A DNA stretch of 64,000 bases from Candidatus Marinacidobacterium sp. (GCA_965250045.1 OZ252286.1:2870317-2934316), one strand, 5' to 3'; positions 35,774 to 45,834 are shown, counted from the first letter of the stretch. Program-made: numbers and translations. Notes: generated from the sequence alone by a model not told the origin.

Positions 35774-36649
35774 CTATCCTGTTGATTCACCATCGCTTGT
35801 GTCCGATGTCGGCACGCCGACATCCTCACGTTGTTCTTCAAGTTGGCGTAACAGCGTGCGGAGTGCCTCCACCACTTCCGCCTCCTCGACCTCACTGCGC
35901 CGGAAGGTCAACTGGAGGCGAAAGGGGCCGCCCTTGGGGGCGTATCGGAAGACAAACGGCCGCGCTCGTTCTCCCTTGGACTTTCTGCGCTTCGGGGCCG
36001 GTTCGGCCAGTCCCTGGGTGAGGCGTTGGACGCACACCAGCATGGCCTCGACATCCGGTTCGCGGGCCACTCGCAGCAACTGTCGGCGAGACACGATCCC
36101 CGATGCCCAACAGACCTCGCGGATCTCTTCCGGAATGTTGAGTAGGGCAAGCGTCTCCGTGATCGAGGTGCGCCCTTTGCCCACCCGGCGGGCGAGGGAG
36201 TCGTGAGTATGTCCGTGCTCCCTGATGAGCCCCTCGTACGCGGTTGCCTCCTCAAAGGGAGACAGGTCATCCCGGAGCAAGTTCTCCACCAGAGCCAGCT
36301 CGAGGGCATCCCCTTCCCCGGCCTCCCTCTCGACGCAAGGCACTTCGCGCAATCCAGCCAGCAACGCCGCCCGGTAGCGGCGCTCGCCGGCGATGATCTG
36401 AAAATCCTTCGAGCCCAGTCGGCGCACCAGGATCGGCTGCAGGATTCCCTGGTCCCGGATCGAGGTGGCGAGCGGCTCCAGCGCTCCGATTCGCTGGCGC
36501 GGCTGATCGGGATTGGGGTGGATCTGAGCGATTGGGATCATCCGTTGATGGGCGCCCGGCTCATCGGGGGTCAGCCCCGCCACATAGTGGCTGTCACGCG
36601 GTTTCAAGCTGACTTTTTCAGGAAGACCGGTTCGCTTGGACACGGGCAA
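35774..36649 (-). CDS. parB: ParB/Spo0J chromosome partitioning protein
   Basis: ParB box motifs (QPRQRIGALEPLATSIRDQGILQPILVRR..., IIAGERRYRAALLAGL) and C-terminal HTH. Confidence 0.8.
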   Translation of the reverse strand: MPVSKRTGLPEKVSLKPRDSHYVAGLTPDEPGAHQRMIPIAQIHPNPDQPRQRIGALEPLATSIRDQGILQPILVRRLGSKDFQIIAGERRYRAALLAGLREVPCVEREAGEGDALELALVENLLRDDLSPFEEATAYEGLIREHGHTHDSLARRVGKGRTSITETLALLNIPEEIREVCWASGIVSRRQLLRVAREPDVEAMLVCVQRLTQGLAEPAPKRRKSKGERARPFVFRYAPKGGPFRLQLTFRRSEVEEAEVVEALRTLLRQLEEQREDVGVPTSDTSDGESTG

Positions 36650-37394
36650 GCACCTCCTGAGACAGACCTCGGTAGTCCTCCGCTCCTCGAGAGTTGGGGG
36701 CGAACGCGAAGATGGACTCCTTGTACGCCGGGCTCTCCTCGAGTCGGACGTTGCGGCTGATCAGCGTTCGGAACACTGCTTTCCCGAAATGCCCGCGGAT
36801 CTTGCGGATTGCGTCCCGTGCAATCCGCGTGCGCTGATCGGCCATGGTGATCACCACCCCGAGGAGGGACAGATCCGGATTGGGGCGCCGGCGGACCTGC
36901 TCGAGCGTGTCGAGGAGATCGTCGGCCCCTTCGAGGGCGTAGTACGTCGGCGGCAGCGGCAACAGCAGGTAGTCGCTGGCAACCATCGCATTCACCGTGA
37001 TGAGCCCCAGCGTGGGAGGGGTGTCGATCACCATGAAATCGAACTGCTCCCGGACATGCTGGATCCGATCGCGGAGCCGGTAATGGGCGTCGATGTCGCC
37101 AAAAAGCTGTCGTTCCAATTTGGCCAGCGAGATGCGCGCCTCGGCCACCGACAGGCGTTCGACCGATGTGGGGCTGATGATGTCCGCAAACCGCACCTCA
37201 CCGGTCAGAGCCTCGAGCATCGAGGCTCGGGATGGATCAGGGTCGATGACGCTTACCGAGGCGTTTGCCTGCGGGTCCACATCAACGAGCAGCGTGCGGT
37301 GTCCGGCGTCCGCGAACGCCGCCGCAAGGTTGACCGCGGTCGTGGTCTTGGCCACCCCGCCCTTCTGATTGGCGATTGTGATGGTGGCGCACAT
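36618..37394 (-). CDS. parA: ParA/Soj partitioning ATPase
   Basis: Deviant Walker A 'IANQKGGVAKTTTAVNLAAAFA'. Start trimmed to MCATITIAN; the longer upstream extension is rejected. Confidence 0.8.
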   Translation of the reverse strand: MCATITIANQKGGVAKTTTAVNLAAAFADAGHRTLLVDVDPQANASVSVIDPDPSRASMLEALTGEVRFADIISPTSVERLSVAEARISLAKLERQLFGDIDAHYRLRDRIQHVREQFDFMVIDTPPTLGLITVNAMVASDYLLLPLPPTYYALEGADDLLDTLEQVRRRPNPDLSLLGVVITMADQRTRIARDAIRKIRGHFGKAVFRTLISRNVRLEESPAYKESIFAFAPNSRGAEDYRGLSQEVLARVQANRSS

Positions 37395-37398
37395 CCTG

Positions 37399-37648
37399 CT
37401 AGCAGCCGGTGGACAAAGTGGAGTGGCCGCCGAGGCTGGCCAATCTCCCGGTGGGGGCGAGGCGCCCGGCTGACCCAATTCTCCCGGTGGGGGCGGCGCG
37501 ATTTGGGAGGAGCCCCCAGCGAGAGAACTGGCCCGGGTGTATTCCGACCGAATCGGAACAGAGAGCGTAGCGGTTCAGCCTGGATGCATCGCCAGCCGAG
37601 CCCCCACGGGGAGAACCGGGCCAGGTGACTTTGTTCACAGGCTGCTTG
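37399..37648. repeat. MITE copy c (250 bp, inverted orientation, degenerate TIRs)
   Basis: The reverse complement aligns to copy d across its length. Sits immediately upstream of the parA start. Confidence 0.7.
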
Positions 37649-37652
37649 GTGC

Positions 37653-38153
37653 TCAGTGCGCGTCGCCGAGATCATCCTCGTCGAGGGCTTCAAGCCAGTC
37701 GCCGAGCGCCTCGCTGTCCTCTGGCGGTTCCACGTCCTCTGCCATGAGTTCTTCGGCCCGCCGCGCCCCGCGTTCGATGACGCGCGAATGGACGAAGATG
37801 GGTGCCCGGGTTCTGAGCGCCAGCGCTATCGCGTCGCTCGGGCGGGCATCCACCGCGAGCCGTTGCCGTTTTCGCTCCAGATGAACATGCGCATAGAAGG
37901 TGTTGTCCTGAACATCATGGATCACCACCTTGGTAACCCGGGCATCCAGTTCCCTCAGGAGTTCCCGGATCAGGTCGTGCGTGAACGGGCGCGGGGGTTC
38001 GTAGTTCTCGATCTGAAGGCCGATCGCGCGCACCTCCATGGGTCCCACCCAGATGGGAACTTCGCGATCTCCGGATTCCTCCTTGAGCATCACCACTGCG
38101 GCGCTGGTCCGCGGCACCATCAGGATCGCCTTGATGCTTACCTCAATCTCCAC
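37653..38153 (-). CDS. Bifunctional nuclease (BFN/DUF151) domain protein
   Basis: 'AVVMLKEESGDREVPIWVGPMEVRAIGLQIENYEPPRPFTHDLI' matches the BFN domain; acidic C-terminus. Confidence 0.6.
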   Translation of the reverse strand: MEIEVSIKAILMVPRTSAAVVMLKEESGDREVPIWVGPMEVRAIGLQIENYEPPRPFTHDLIRELLRELDARVTKVVIHDVQDNTFYAHVHLERKRQRLAVDARPSDAIALALRTRAPIFVHSRVIERGARRAEELMAEDVEPPEDSEALGDWLEALDEDDLGDAH

Positions 38154-38174
38154 GGTCAGCTCCTTGTTGGTTCT

Positions 38175-39704
38175 TCATCCGGGCAGTATCTGCTGGCGAA
38201 CTCCGCTGCCGGAGACCGCCTGTACTACCGGAAGAGGGATTTCGGATGCCCACGCGTCCGGACCCGCCGCGGGAGCCGGAGATTCGCGGGCGGACCGGCG
38301 TTGCTTCGGTGAACTCACAAGCTCTCCGATCAGGCTGTTCGGGCCGTATCCCGTAATCATGACCTCGCCGAAGCCTCCGGTGGCTTCCACCGGACCGTCG
38401 AAATTCACAATCCGGTTGTCGGGGCCGCGTCCCGCGAGCTCGCTGCCTTTGCGGCTGGGTCCTTCAATCAGGACTTCGACCTTGCGACCCACGAGATCCC
38501 GGTGAAGAGATAGCTGGATCTCCCGCTGTCTCGTGTGCAATTCGATGAGCCGTTCGGTTTTTTGGGTGTCCGGGACATCGTTCGGCAGACGCTTCGACGC
38601 GAGCGTGTGTGGACGCTCGGAGTACTTGAAGGAATACACCGACGAAAAGCCCACCTCGTCGAGGAGGGTCAACGTGTCTTCGAACTCGCCCGCGGTTTCA
38701 CCGCAGAACCCGACGATGAGGTCCGTGGAGAGCGCAAGTTCGGGAGCCCTCTCGCGCGCCCGGCGGACGAGTTCCAGGAATTCCTCGCGGCTGTAACCGC
38801 GGCGCATGCGCTCCAGCACACTCGTGGAACCCGACTGCGCGGGCAGATGCATGTGCGGCATCAACGGTCCCCCGGCCGCAAAGCGATCCATGAGATCTTC
38901 GCTGAAATCCTTGGGATGAGGACTCGTAAAGCGGATCCGGCGGATTCCCGGAACTGCCCCCACCGCGTCGGTCAACTCGGCAAAGCCGCGTCCGTCCTCC
39001 GGGTTCCGATAGGAATTCACGTTCTGGCCCAGTAGCTGAACCTCCTGGAACCCCGACGCTGCGAGGGATTCGGCTTCCCGCACGATCGACGCTACGGTCC
39101 GGCATCGCTCACGTCCCCTGGTGAAGGGCACAACACAGAAGGAGCAGAAGTTGTCGCAGCCCTCCATGATGGTGATGTACGCTTTTACCCCGGGAATCCG
39201 ATCGATCTGCTCCGGCGGGATGTCGAGGTTGTCCGGGTGCCGCCCGATTTCGACAATCCGGGATTCGCCATCGAGTAGCCGGCGCACGACATCCGGAAGA
39301 CACACGAGGCTCTGGGTGCCGAGGACGAAGTCGACTGCGGGCGCCCGGCCGAAGATGGCTGCCCCTTCCTGCTGGGCTACGCATCCTGCCACGCCGATCA
39401 GTTGGGGGCGCTTCCGGCCCCGACCCACGAGCTGGTCCACGCGGGCAAAGACCTTTTCCTGCGCCTTCTCGCGAACCGAACAAGTGTTCAGGACGACGAC
39501 CTCCGCGGGTTCGGCTCCCGCCGGACGGCAGCCCAGGGTTCCGAGCGCGGCGGCCATCTTTTCCGAGTCGTGGACGTTCATCTGGCATCCCCAGGTCTCG
39601 ATCCGGAACCGGAGGGGAGAGCGCGATCCCCGGCCGGAGCGATCGCTGGCTGAACCGGGAAGGGCGACGGGACCAGCCAAGGGGTCTGTTGTACAGACGG
39701 TCAT
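38175..39704 (-). CDS. miaB: tRNA methylthiotransferase (radical SAM MTTase, MiaB-like)
   Basis: N-terminal MTTase motif ETWGCQMNVHDSE, radical-SAM CDNFCSFCVVP, C-terminal TRAM. Exact start and C-terminal extent are uncertain. Confidence 0.75.
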   Translation of the reverse strand: MTVCTTDPLAGPVALPGSASDRSGRGSRSPLRFRIETWGCQMNVHDSEKMAAALGTLGCRPAGAEPAEVVVLNTCSVREKAQEKVFARVDQLVGRGRKRPQLIGVAGCVAQQEGAAIFGRAPAVDFVLGTQSLVCLPDVVRRLLDGESRIVEIGRHPDNLDIPPEQIDRIPGVKAYITIMEGCDNFCSFCVVPFTRGRERCRTVASIVREAESLAASGFQEVQLLGQNVNSYRNPEDGRGFAELTDAVGAVPGIRRIRFTSPHPKDFSEDLMDRFAAGGPLMPHMHLPAQSGSTSVLERMRRGYSREEFLELVRRARERAPELALSTDLIVGFCGETAGEFEDTLTLLDEVGFSSVYSFKYSERPHTLASKRLPNDVPDTQKTERLIELHTRQREIQLSLHRDLVGRKVEVLIEGPSRKGSELAGRGPDNRIVNFDGPVEATGGFGEVMITGYGPNSLIGELVSSPKQRRSARESPAPAAGPDAWASEIPLPVVQAVSGSGVRQQILPG

Positions 39705-41492
39705 TCAGGAACCCGCAAGCGCCCCCGGAAACCCTGGACGCTCGCCGCCGGAAGACTCGGTATTCGCGCCGGCGAGCAATTGCGACGCATGCTCCCGGGC
39801 GCTGTGGGTAATCTGGGGACCAGCGAGCATACGGGCGATTTCTTCGATCCGGGCGCTGTCGCCGAGACAGCGAACGCGAACCGCATCGCCGGATTCTAGT
39901 TTCTCGACGACCAGATGAGTTCGGCCGAGGGCAGCCACCTGCGGAAGATGCGTGACCGAGACGACCTGGCGCGACACGGCAAGACGACGAAGGCGCCGCC
40001 CCACGGCATCGGCAATGCGCCCGGAGGTGCCGGTGTCCGCTTCGTCGAAGATCAGGGTGTCCGCGCCTCCCTCCCCCGCCCCGGCCGCTTTGAGCGCCAG
40101 GAAGAAACGTGAGGACTCACCGCCCGATGCGACCTCGCCAATGGGCGCGGGCGTCATTTCGCGGCTGGCGCTGAAGAGAAAGTGGACGCGATCCAACCCG
40201 TGCTCGGTGAAGTGCTCCGTGCCCCCGTCCGCTTCCGGTTCAGACCGTCCTCGTAGAGCCTCGATCCCAATTGAGAACCGCGCGCGTGGAATGCCCAGCC
40301 CGACGAGTTCGTGCTGTACCTTGCGAGCGAGCGCCTCGGCAGCGGTCTCGCGGGCAGCGTGGAGCGATGCGGCCAGGTCCCGATAGCGGACGGCGCCAGC
40401 CTCGGCGGCCGTCACCGCCCTTCGGCGCTCCTGGGCCTGGTCGGTGAGTGCGGAGAGCGCGACCCGAATCTCTTTCGCGCGCTCGAGCAGGGCGTCCGTG
40501 CCGCCTGTTCCACCCGCGTGGCGGCGCTCGAGACCGCGTAGCACGACGAGGCGGTCTTCGATCTCCGCGAGCCGCTCGGGCGCCGCCCGGACGCTGTCCC
40601 GCCGATCCCGCACGGCAGCAGCCAGATCCTCCACTTCAACAAGCAGATCCGGACGTCCGTCGAATAGCCGGGCGGTCTCCGGGTCCACCGCGGCCGCATC
40701 CTCAAGCGCACGAAGCGCGACCGCCAACTGCGCACCCGCCGCCGTTTCTGACCCGTAAAGCGCCTGATACGCACTCTCGAGACGGCCGGCGAGCTGGTCC
40801 GCGTGCCCGAGTGCACGCCGCTCAACCAGGAGGGACTCCGTCTCGCCCGGTTCCGGCGCAGCACGCTCGATCTCCTCAAGAGCGCGTTCCATTGCGGCGC
40901 GATGAATCTCCGCCTGGCGGAGGCGGTCTTCCAGAGCGTCACGCTCTTCCTCGGCAGCACGAAGGACCCGGAGGGCCACCGCCACCTCCCGCCGCAAGGC
41001 GGCATGGCCGCCCACCGCATCCACCGTTTCCCGCGCGGCCCCGGGCTGGAGCAGGGCCAGATATTCTCCTTGGCTGTACACCTCGGCGAGGAGAATTCCC
41101 ACCGCCCGGAGCGCGGCCACCGGGACCGCCGCGCCGTTCAGCGCAATCCGATTGGCAACCGAGCGCCGCCCTGGCGCGAAACGCAATTCCCGCCGCACCA
41201 CGAGTTCGCCGTCCTCCGTCGAAACGCCAGCATCTTCACATAGCGCCCGCAGCCGCTCGCCGGCTGGTGACGCCTCCTCCGACAGGGTGAACCCCGCCTC
41301 CACAACGGCGCGATCTCCGGCAGGTCCTATGAGCTGGGAACGGCCGCGCCCGCCGAGGATGAGGCCCAACGCCTGCAGGAGAATGCTCTTTCCGACGCCG
41401 GTCTCGCCGGTAACGACGTTCAGGCCTTCCCCGAACTCGAGAGAGACGTCCTTGAGGAGGGCGACGTTTCGCGCCCGCAGCCAGTGCAGCAT
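39705..41492 (-). CDS. recN: DNA repair protein RecN
   Basis: SMC-like N-terminal Walker A (GETGVGKSILLQALGLILGGR), coiled coil, C-terminal signature/Walker B. Start trimmed to MLHWLRARN. Confidence 0.8.
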   Translation of the reverse strand: MLHWLRARNVALLKDVSLEFGEGLNVVTGETGVGKSILLQALGLILGGRGRSQLIGPAGDRAVVEAGFTLSEEASPAGERLRALCEDAGVSTEDGELVVRRELRFAPGRRSVANRIALNGAAVPVAALRAVGILLAEVYSQGEYLALLQPGAARETVDAVGGHAALRREVAVALRVLRAAEEERDALEDRLRQAEIHRAAMERALEEIERAAPEPGETESLLVERRALGHADQLAGRLESAYQALYGSETAAGAQLAVALRALEDAAAVDPETARLFDGRPDLLVEVEDLAAAVRDRRDSVRAAPERLAEIEDRLVVLRGLERRHAGGTGGTDALLERAKEIRVALSALTDQAQERRRAVTAAEAGAVRYRDLAASLHAARETAAEALARKVQHELVGLGIPRARFSIGIEALRGRSEPEADGGTEHFTEHGLDRVHFLFSASREMTPAPIGEVASGGESSRFFLALKAAGAGEGGADTLIFDEADTGTSGRIADAVGRRLRRLAVSRQVVSVTHLPQVAALGRTHLVVEKLESGDAVRVRCLGDSARIEEIARMLAGPQITHSAREHASQLLAGANTESSGGERPGFPGALAGS

Positions 41493-41614
41493 CGTGGCCA
41501 GTACGAGGTTCGAGTGCGCTACAACGATGTGCGGGCGGCTTCGGCCCTGCCGCCCCCCGGGAAGCGCATCCCGGGGGGTCCACACCCCGAAATGAACGAG
41601 AACCCCAACGGGTA

Positions 41615-42508
41615 GTGGTTGAGCATGGGTTAGGCTACTATATGTTGGGTATCCTGGTTCCTCGCCGCTTCTACGTGTTCGCCCGGTTCACGGCTTCGTG
41701 CAACGCTGTTCTCCGGGCCGGGGTCTCGCTGCTGGTGGCCCAGGGAGCATGGGCGGCACAGCAGCCACCCGAGCCGCAGGCCGCCGGTGAGACGGTAACC
41801 GCGGTTGACATCGCTTCCTCCGGGGGATTCTTCGAAGAGGGCGGTTTTCTGGCGCTGGTGCTGGGGGCGGGGCCGGTCTCGTGGTTCGTGCTGGCGACGC
41901 TGGTCTTCTTCAGCCTCGTTTCCTGGGCCATCATCCTGAACAAGTCACGACGGCTCCGCCAGGCCGAGCGGGACTCGGCCGCCTTCCTGAACCACTTCCG
42001 GTCCGCCAAGCGGTTCGCCGACGTCGTGACCTGGGCCCGGAAACATCCGGGCAGCCCCTTGGCCCGGTTGTTCAACGCCGGCTATCAGGAGGTCCGCTAT
42101 CAATCCCGGCAGGAAGACGAAGAATCCATGCGGCTCCAGGTATCCAACATGGAAGCCGTGGCGCGATCCTTGCTCCGTACATCCTCGGCCGAAACGGCCG
42201 CACTCGAGCACCGGATGATCTTTCTCGCCACGACCGGCAGCGCCACTCCGTTCATCGGTCTCTTCGGGACCGTCTGGGGCATCATGAGCGCATTTCAGGA
42301 CATCGCCCTCACTCAGGCCGCGAACATCAGCGTCGTCGCCCCGGGAGTTTCTGAGGCCCTCGTCGCTACCGCCGCCGGTCTGGGCGCGGCGATTCCGGCC
42401 GTCATCGCCTATAACGCCTTCCTCGCCCAGATCCGCCGGATCACAAACACCATGGACGATTTCTCGATGGAGTACGTGGCTATGCTGGAACGGCGCCTGG
42501 CCCGCTGA
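41615..42508 (+). CDS. tolQ: TolQ/ExbB-family proton channel
   Basis: MotA/TolQ/ExbB motifs (...FLATTGSATPFIGLFGTVWGIMSAF...); first gene of the tol-pal cluster. True start may be downstream. Confidence 0.7.
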   Translation: MVEHGLGYYMLGILVPRRFYVFARFTASCNAVLRAGVSLLVAQGAWAAQQPPEPQAAGETVTAVDIASSGGFFEEGGFLALVLGAGPVSWFVLATLVFFSLVSWAIILNKSRRLRQAERDSAAFLNHFRSAKRFADVVTWARKHPGSPLARLFNAGYQEVRYQSRQEDEESMRLQVSNMEAVARSLLRTSSAETAALEHRMIFLATTGSATPFIGLFGTVWGIMSAFQDIALTQAANISVVAPGVSEALVATAAGLGAAIPAVIAYNAFLAQIRRITNTMDDFSMEYVAMLERRLAR

Positions 42509-42512
42509 CGGC

Positions 42513-43004
42513 ATGGCGATGGGGACCGCTGGCGGCTCTGCCGGGGGCTCAGGTTCGGGTTCCGGTTCTGCGCTGGCCCAGCTCGGCGCCCGCCGGAGAG
42601 CTACTGCGGGGAGTGCTCTCTCCGAGATCAACGTGACCCCGTTCGTGGATGTCGTGCTCGTGCTGCTGATCATCTTCATGGTGACCGCTCCGCTCCTCGT
42701 GCGGTCGCTGGAGGTGAGCCTTCCCACCGCCCGGATGCGTTCCGCCGAGGCAACCGAGCGCGTCATCGTCACCGTCGACGCTGAAGGCCGGACATTCGTT
42801 GGCGAGCGGGCGGTGAATCCGTTGCTATTGGAGGAGCGGCTCCGCGAAATCGTCGCTATCGAGGGAGCTCGCGAAGGCTATCTGCAGGGGGATGTCTCGC
42901 TAGAATACGGACAGGTCATCGAAGTGATCGACACGATGAAACGAGCGGGTTTTGACCGTGTCGGTCTCGTGTATGCCTACCCGGGCGAACAACGGCGGAG
43001 GTAA
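42513..43004 (+). CDS. tolR: TolR/ExbD-family protein
   Basis: 'EINVTPFVDVVLVLLIIFMVTAPL' ExbD/TolR TM plus periplasmic domain. Confidence 0.75.
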   Translation: MAMGTAGGSAGGSGSGSGSALAQLGARRRATAGSALSEINVTPFVDVVLVLLIIFMVTAPLLVRSLEVSLPTARMRSAEATERVIVTVDAEGRTFVGERAVNPLLLEERLREIVAIEGAREGYLQGDVSLEYGQVIEVIDTMKRAGFDRVGLVYAYPGEQRRR

Positions 43005-43061
43005 GCCGGTGCCGGATCCACCCCGGAGTCCATCGGCTTCGCAATCGCCGATGGCAACCTC

Positions 43062-43126
43062 CCGATCAAGTCGGACCCGATCGAGTCGGACCCGATCAAG
43101 TCGGACCCGATCAAGTCCGACCGAGG
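43062..43126 (+). repeat. 15-bp tandem repeat x4 (GATCAAGTCGGACCC-like)
   Basis: gatcaagtcggacccgatcgagtcggacccgatcaagtcggacccgatcaagtccgacc, between tolR and the probable tolA start. Confidence 0.7.
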
Positions 43127-43146
43127 ATACGTTTCGGCGCAATCTG

Positions 43147-43995
43147 ATGTGGTCGGCGACGGCGCACCTCGTCTTGCTGGGAGGCGCGGCCGTGGGCCTG
43201 GACCTCGATCAGGGTCCTGATCTCGCTCTCCCCTCGGCGGCCTTCATCGAACTCGGGATGTCCGGTCCAAACCCAACCCCCAATCTCGGCAGCGCCGCAG
43301 CACCGAGTCCGACGCCGCCCCCGGAACCCGAGCCGGAACCGCCCGCTCCCGAGCCTCCGGAGCCGGAGCCGCCCGCACCCGAAGCTCCGGAGTCCCGTCC
43401 GGAAGTGGTTCGGCCGACAGTGGAAAACCGCGACCGAATGCCGGTTCCCGACGCCCGGGAACGCCAGCGGGCCGCTCGGCCCCAGCGTCCGGAGTCGGGT
43501 CTCAGAGGCCGCGATGCGGCCTGGGCTGACTCCGCGCAACTCGAAACCCGCCGCCCTGTCGATACGAAATCACGCCCCACCAGAAGGGCGGCCCCCAATG
43601 CTTCGAACCAGGGGGCTGCCGGCAACACCGGGATCGGCCTCGGAGGTAGACCGGGGGGCACCCGCTTCGATCAGGATTTCGAGTACGCCTTCTATCAGCG
43701 CCAGATGGTCGCCCGGATCCAGGCGAACTGGCAACAGATCCCCGTTCGCGGGCGGGCCACCGTGGTGGTCAAGTTCACCATTTCCCGCGACGGCGCCATC
43801 AGCGGCGCCGAGGTGGAGACTTCAAGCGGACAGTCGCTCCTTGACCGGGCGGCGCTCCGGGCCGTCGTTCTGGCGGAGCCCCTGCCGCGGCTTCCGGACA
43901 GCTATCCGAGAGACCGGGTCGGGGTACACCTTCTCTTCACGTACTCGCAGGAAGCGAACGGCAACCCGGACGGACCTCCAGCCGAGGCTCCATGA
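43147..43995 (+). CDS. tolA: TolA (TonB-family C-terminal domain) protein
   Basis: N-terminal TM (MWSATAHLVLLGGAAVGL), Pro/Glu-rich spacer (PEPEPEPPAPEPPEPEPP), TonB_C-like end (...RGRATVVVKFTISRDGAISGAEVETSSG...). Confidence 0.6.
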   Translation: MWSATAHLVLLGGAAVGLDLDQGPDLALPSAAFIELGMSGPNPTPNLGSAAAPSPTPPPEPEPEPPAPEPPEPEPPAPEAPESRPEVVRPTVENRDRMPVPDARERQRAARPQRPESGLRGRDAAWADSAQLETRRPVDTKSRPTRRAAPNASNQGAAGNTGIGLGGRPGGTRFDQDFEYAFYQRQMVARIQANWQQIPVRGRATVVVKFTISRDGAISGAEVETSSGQSLLDRAALRAVVLAEPLPRLPDSYPRDRVGVHLLFTYSQEANGNPDGPPAEAP

Positions 43996-45518
43996 GACAT
44001 CTTCCCCTGCCCCGCTTCGGTCCAGCACTGGCCCTCCTCGGCGCCGCGCTGGCCACTGGAGCCGCGGCCGGTTTGGCGCCCAAGTCCGTCGTCCACTCCG
44101 GAGCCACGCGACATCCGGCGTCAGTCGAAGTTGCGAAGCTTCTCCCGGAGTCTGGCGCAACTGACTCCCGCGTGGCCAGTGCGCCCGCGGCACTCCCTCA
44201 AGAAGCCGGCGATTGGTACCTCGACATCACCCGTCCCGGTGCTCCGGTCCGGATGGCCGTTCCCGATTTCGAGGTGCTTCCGAGCGACTCGGCGCCCGAG
44301 GCCGGTTCCGGGGAGTCTCCCGGCGACGACGGGGACCCGCTGGGCCAAGAGGCGACGGAGGCTGCGTCCGTGGCCAGTGCCGTGTTGTGGGATGACATCG
44401 AGTACGCCGGGGTGTACCGGATGCTTCCCAAGCGCTTTTATCGGATCGCGGAAGCCGGGTCCGCCGAAGGAGTCCTGGACTATTACCAGTGGGAGTCCAT
44501 CGGAGCCGACATCCTGATCGATGCGAAGCTCTGGATCGAGGGAGACTTGCTCCTCGCCGAAGTGCGCATGCACGCCGTACGGGCGCAGGAAAACGTCTTC
44601 GGACGGCGGTACACGGCTGCGCGCGGGGCCGCCCGGACGCTGGCCCACCGGATCGCCGACGACATCCTGCAGCATGCCGGGAACTACCAGGGAGTCGCCC
44701 GAACTCGTATCGCTTTCTCCACCAGCCGATCGCAGCCGCGCAGCAAAGAGATCTACCTGATGGACTACGACGGACACGGACAGCGCCCGGTGACCGCCAA
44801 CGGTTCACTGAACATCACCCCGAGCTGGTCGCCGGATGGACGAGCGCTCAGTTATATCTCCTACCGCGAAGGCGCGCCTTCCCTCTATCTCGCCTTTCTC
44901 TATCAGGGCCGCGGGGAAAAACTGGTCGGAGAGTTCCAATCATTCACTCCGGCCTGGTCTCCGGATGGGCAGTGGATCGCGTTCACTTCGAATCGTGACG
45001 GCCAGTCCGAGATCTACCTGGCAGCGGTGGACGGCAGCGAGTTGCGACGGATCACCGACAACCGCGCCATTGATGTCGCACCCACCTGGTCCCCGAACGG
45101 GCGCACGATCGCCTTTACCTCCGACCGCACCGGAGCCCCGCAGATCTACACCATGGACCGGGACGGATTGAACCTGAGGCGGATTTCCTTTGAAGGCTCG
45201 TACAATGATTCGCCGGCGTGGTCTCCCTCGCGGCAGCACAGTGAGATCGCCTATGCCTCGCGGATCGAACGCGGCCCCTTCGACATCGTAGTACACGACT
45301 TCGAGACCCGGCAGACCCGGCAACTCACAACGGGACGCGGCAGCAACGAGAGTCCCTCCTGGGCTCCGAACGGCCTGCATATTGCGTTCACATCCAACCG
45401 GGCCGGCAACGACCAGGTGTTCACCATGCACCGGGACGGCTCCAATCTGAAGCAGCTCACCCGAGAAGGGAGCAATACCACCCCCCGTTGGGGTAACCCC
45501 CCTGGGGGTCCGCAATGA
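43992..45518 (+). CDS. tolB: Tol-Pal system beta-propeller protein TolB
   Basis: TolB N-domain plus repeated WD40-like 'SPSWSPDG...' blades; ATGA overlap with tolA. Confidence 0.85.
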   Translation: MRHLPLPRFGPALALLGAALATGAAAGLAPKSVVHSGATRHPASVEVAKLLPESGATDSRVASAPAALPQEAGDWYLDITRPGAPVRMAVPDFEVLPSDSAPEAGSGESPGDDGDPLGQEATEAASVASAVLWDDIEYAGVYRMLPKRFYRIAEAGSAEGVLDYYQWESIGADILIDAKLWIEGDLLLAEVRMHAVRAQENVFGRRYTAARGAARTLAHRIADDILQHAGNYQGVARTRIAFSTSRSQPRSKEIYLMDYDGHGQRPVTANGSLNITPSWSPDGRALSYISYREGAPSLYLAFLYQGRGEKLVGEFQSFTPAWSPDGQWIAFTSNRDGQSEIYLAAVDGSELRRITDNRAIDVAPTWSPNGRTIAFTSDRTGAPQIYTMDRDGLNLRRISFEGSYNDSPAWSPSRQHSEIAYASRIERGPFDIVVHDFETRQTRQLTTGRGSNESPSWAPNGLHIAFTSNRAGNDQVFTMHRDGSNLKQLTREGSNTTPRWGNPPGGPQ

Positions 45519-45553
45519 GGTCGCGTTGATGAGACTCCATTCGGCCTGCCGGG

Positions 45554-45778
45554 CTACAGCAGCCTGTGCACAAAGTCACGCGGCGTTCGGCTGGCGATGC
45601 ATCCCGGCTGAACCGCGCCTCTGCGAGGCGCTCATCGTTGCGCTTCGGTCGAAATACACTCGGTATTTCTCCCTCGCGCGCCTTGTCAGCCGGGTCCCCA
45701 CCGGGAGAACTGGCCCCACCGGGAGAACTGGGCCTCGTCAGCCTCGGCGCTCACGCCACTTTGTCCACAGGCTGCTAA
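45554..45778. repeat. MITE copy d (225 bp; long TIRs CAGCCTGTGSACAAAGT...)
   Basis: TIR cagcctgtgcacaaagtcacgcggcg / cgtcagcctcggcgctcacgccactttgtccacaggctg, flanked by CTAC / CTAA. Overlaps the 5' end of the pal ORF. Confidence 0.8.
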
Positions 45779-45834
45779 CAGCCCACGGCCCTTTCTTCGC
45801 CATCCTCCCGGCCGCCCTGCTCGCTCTGTCGCTG

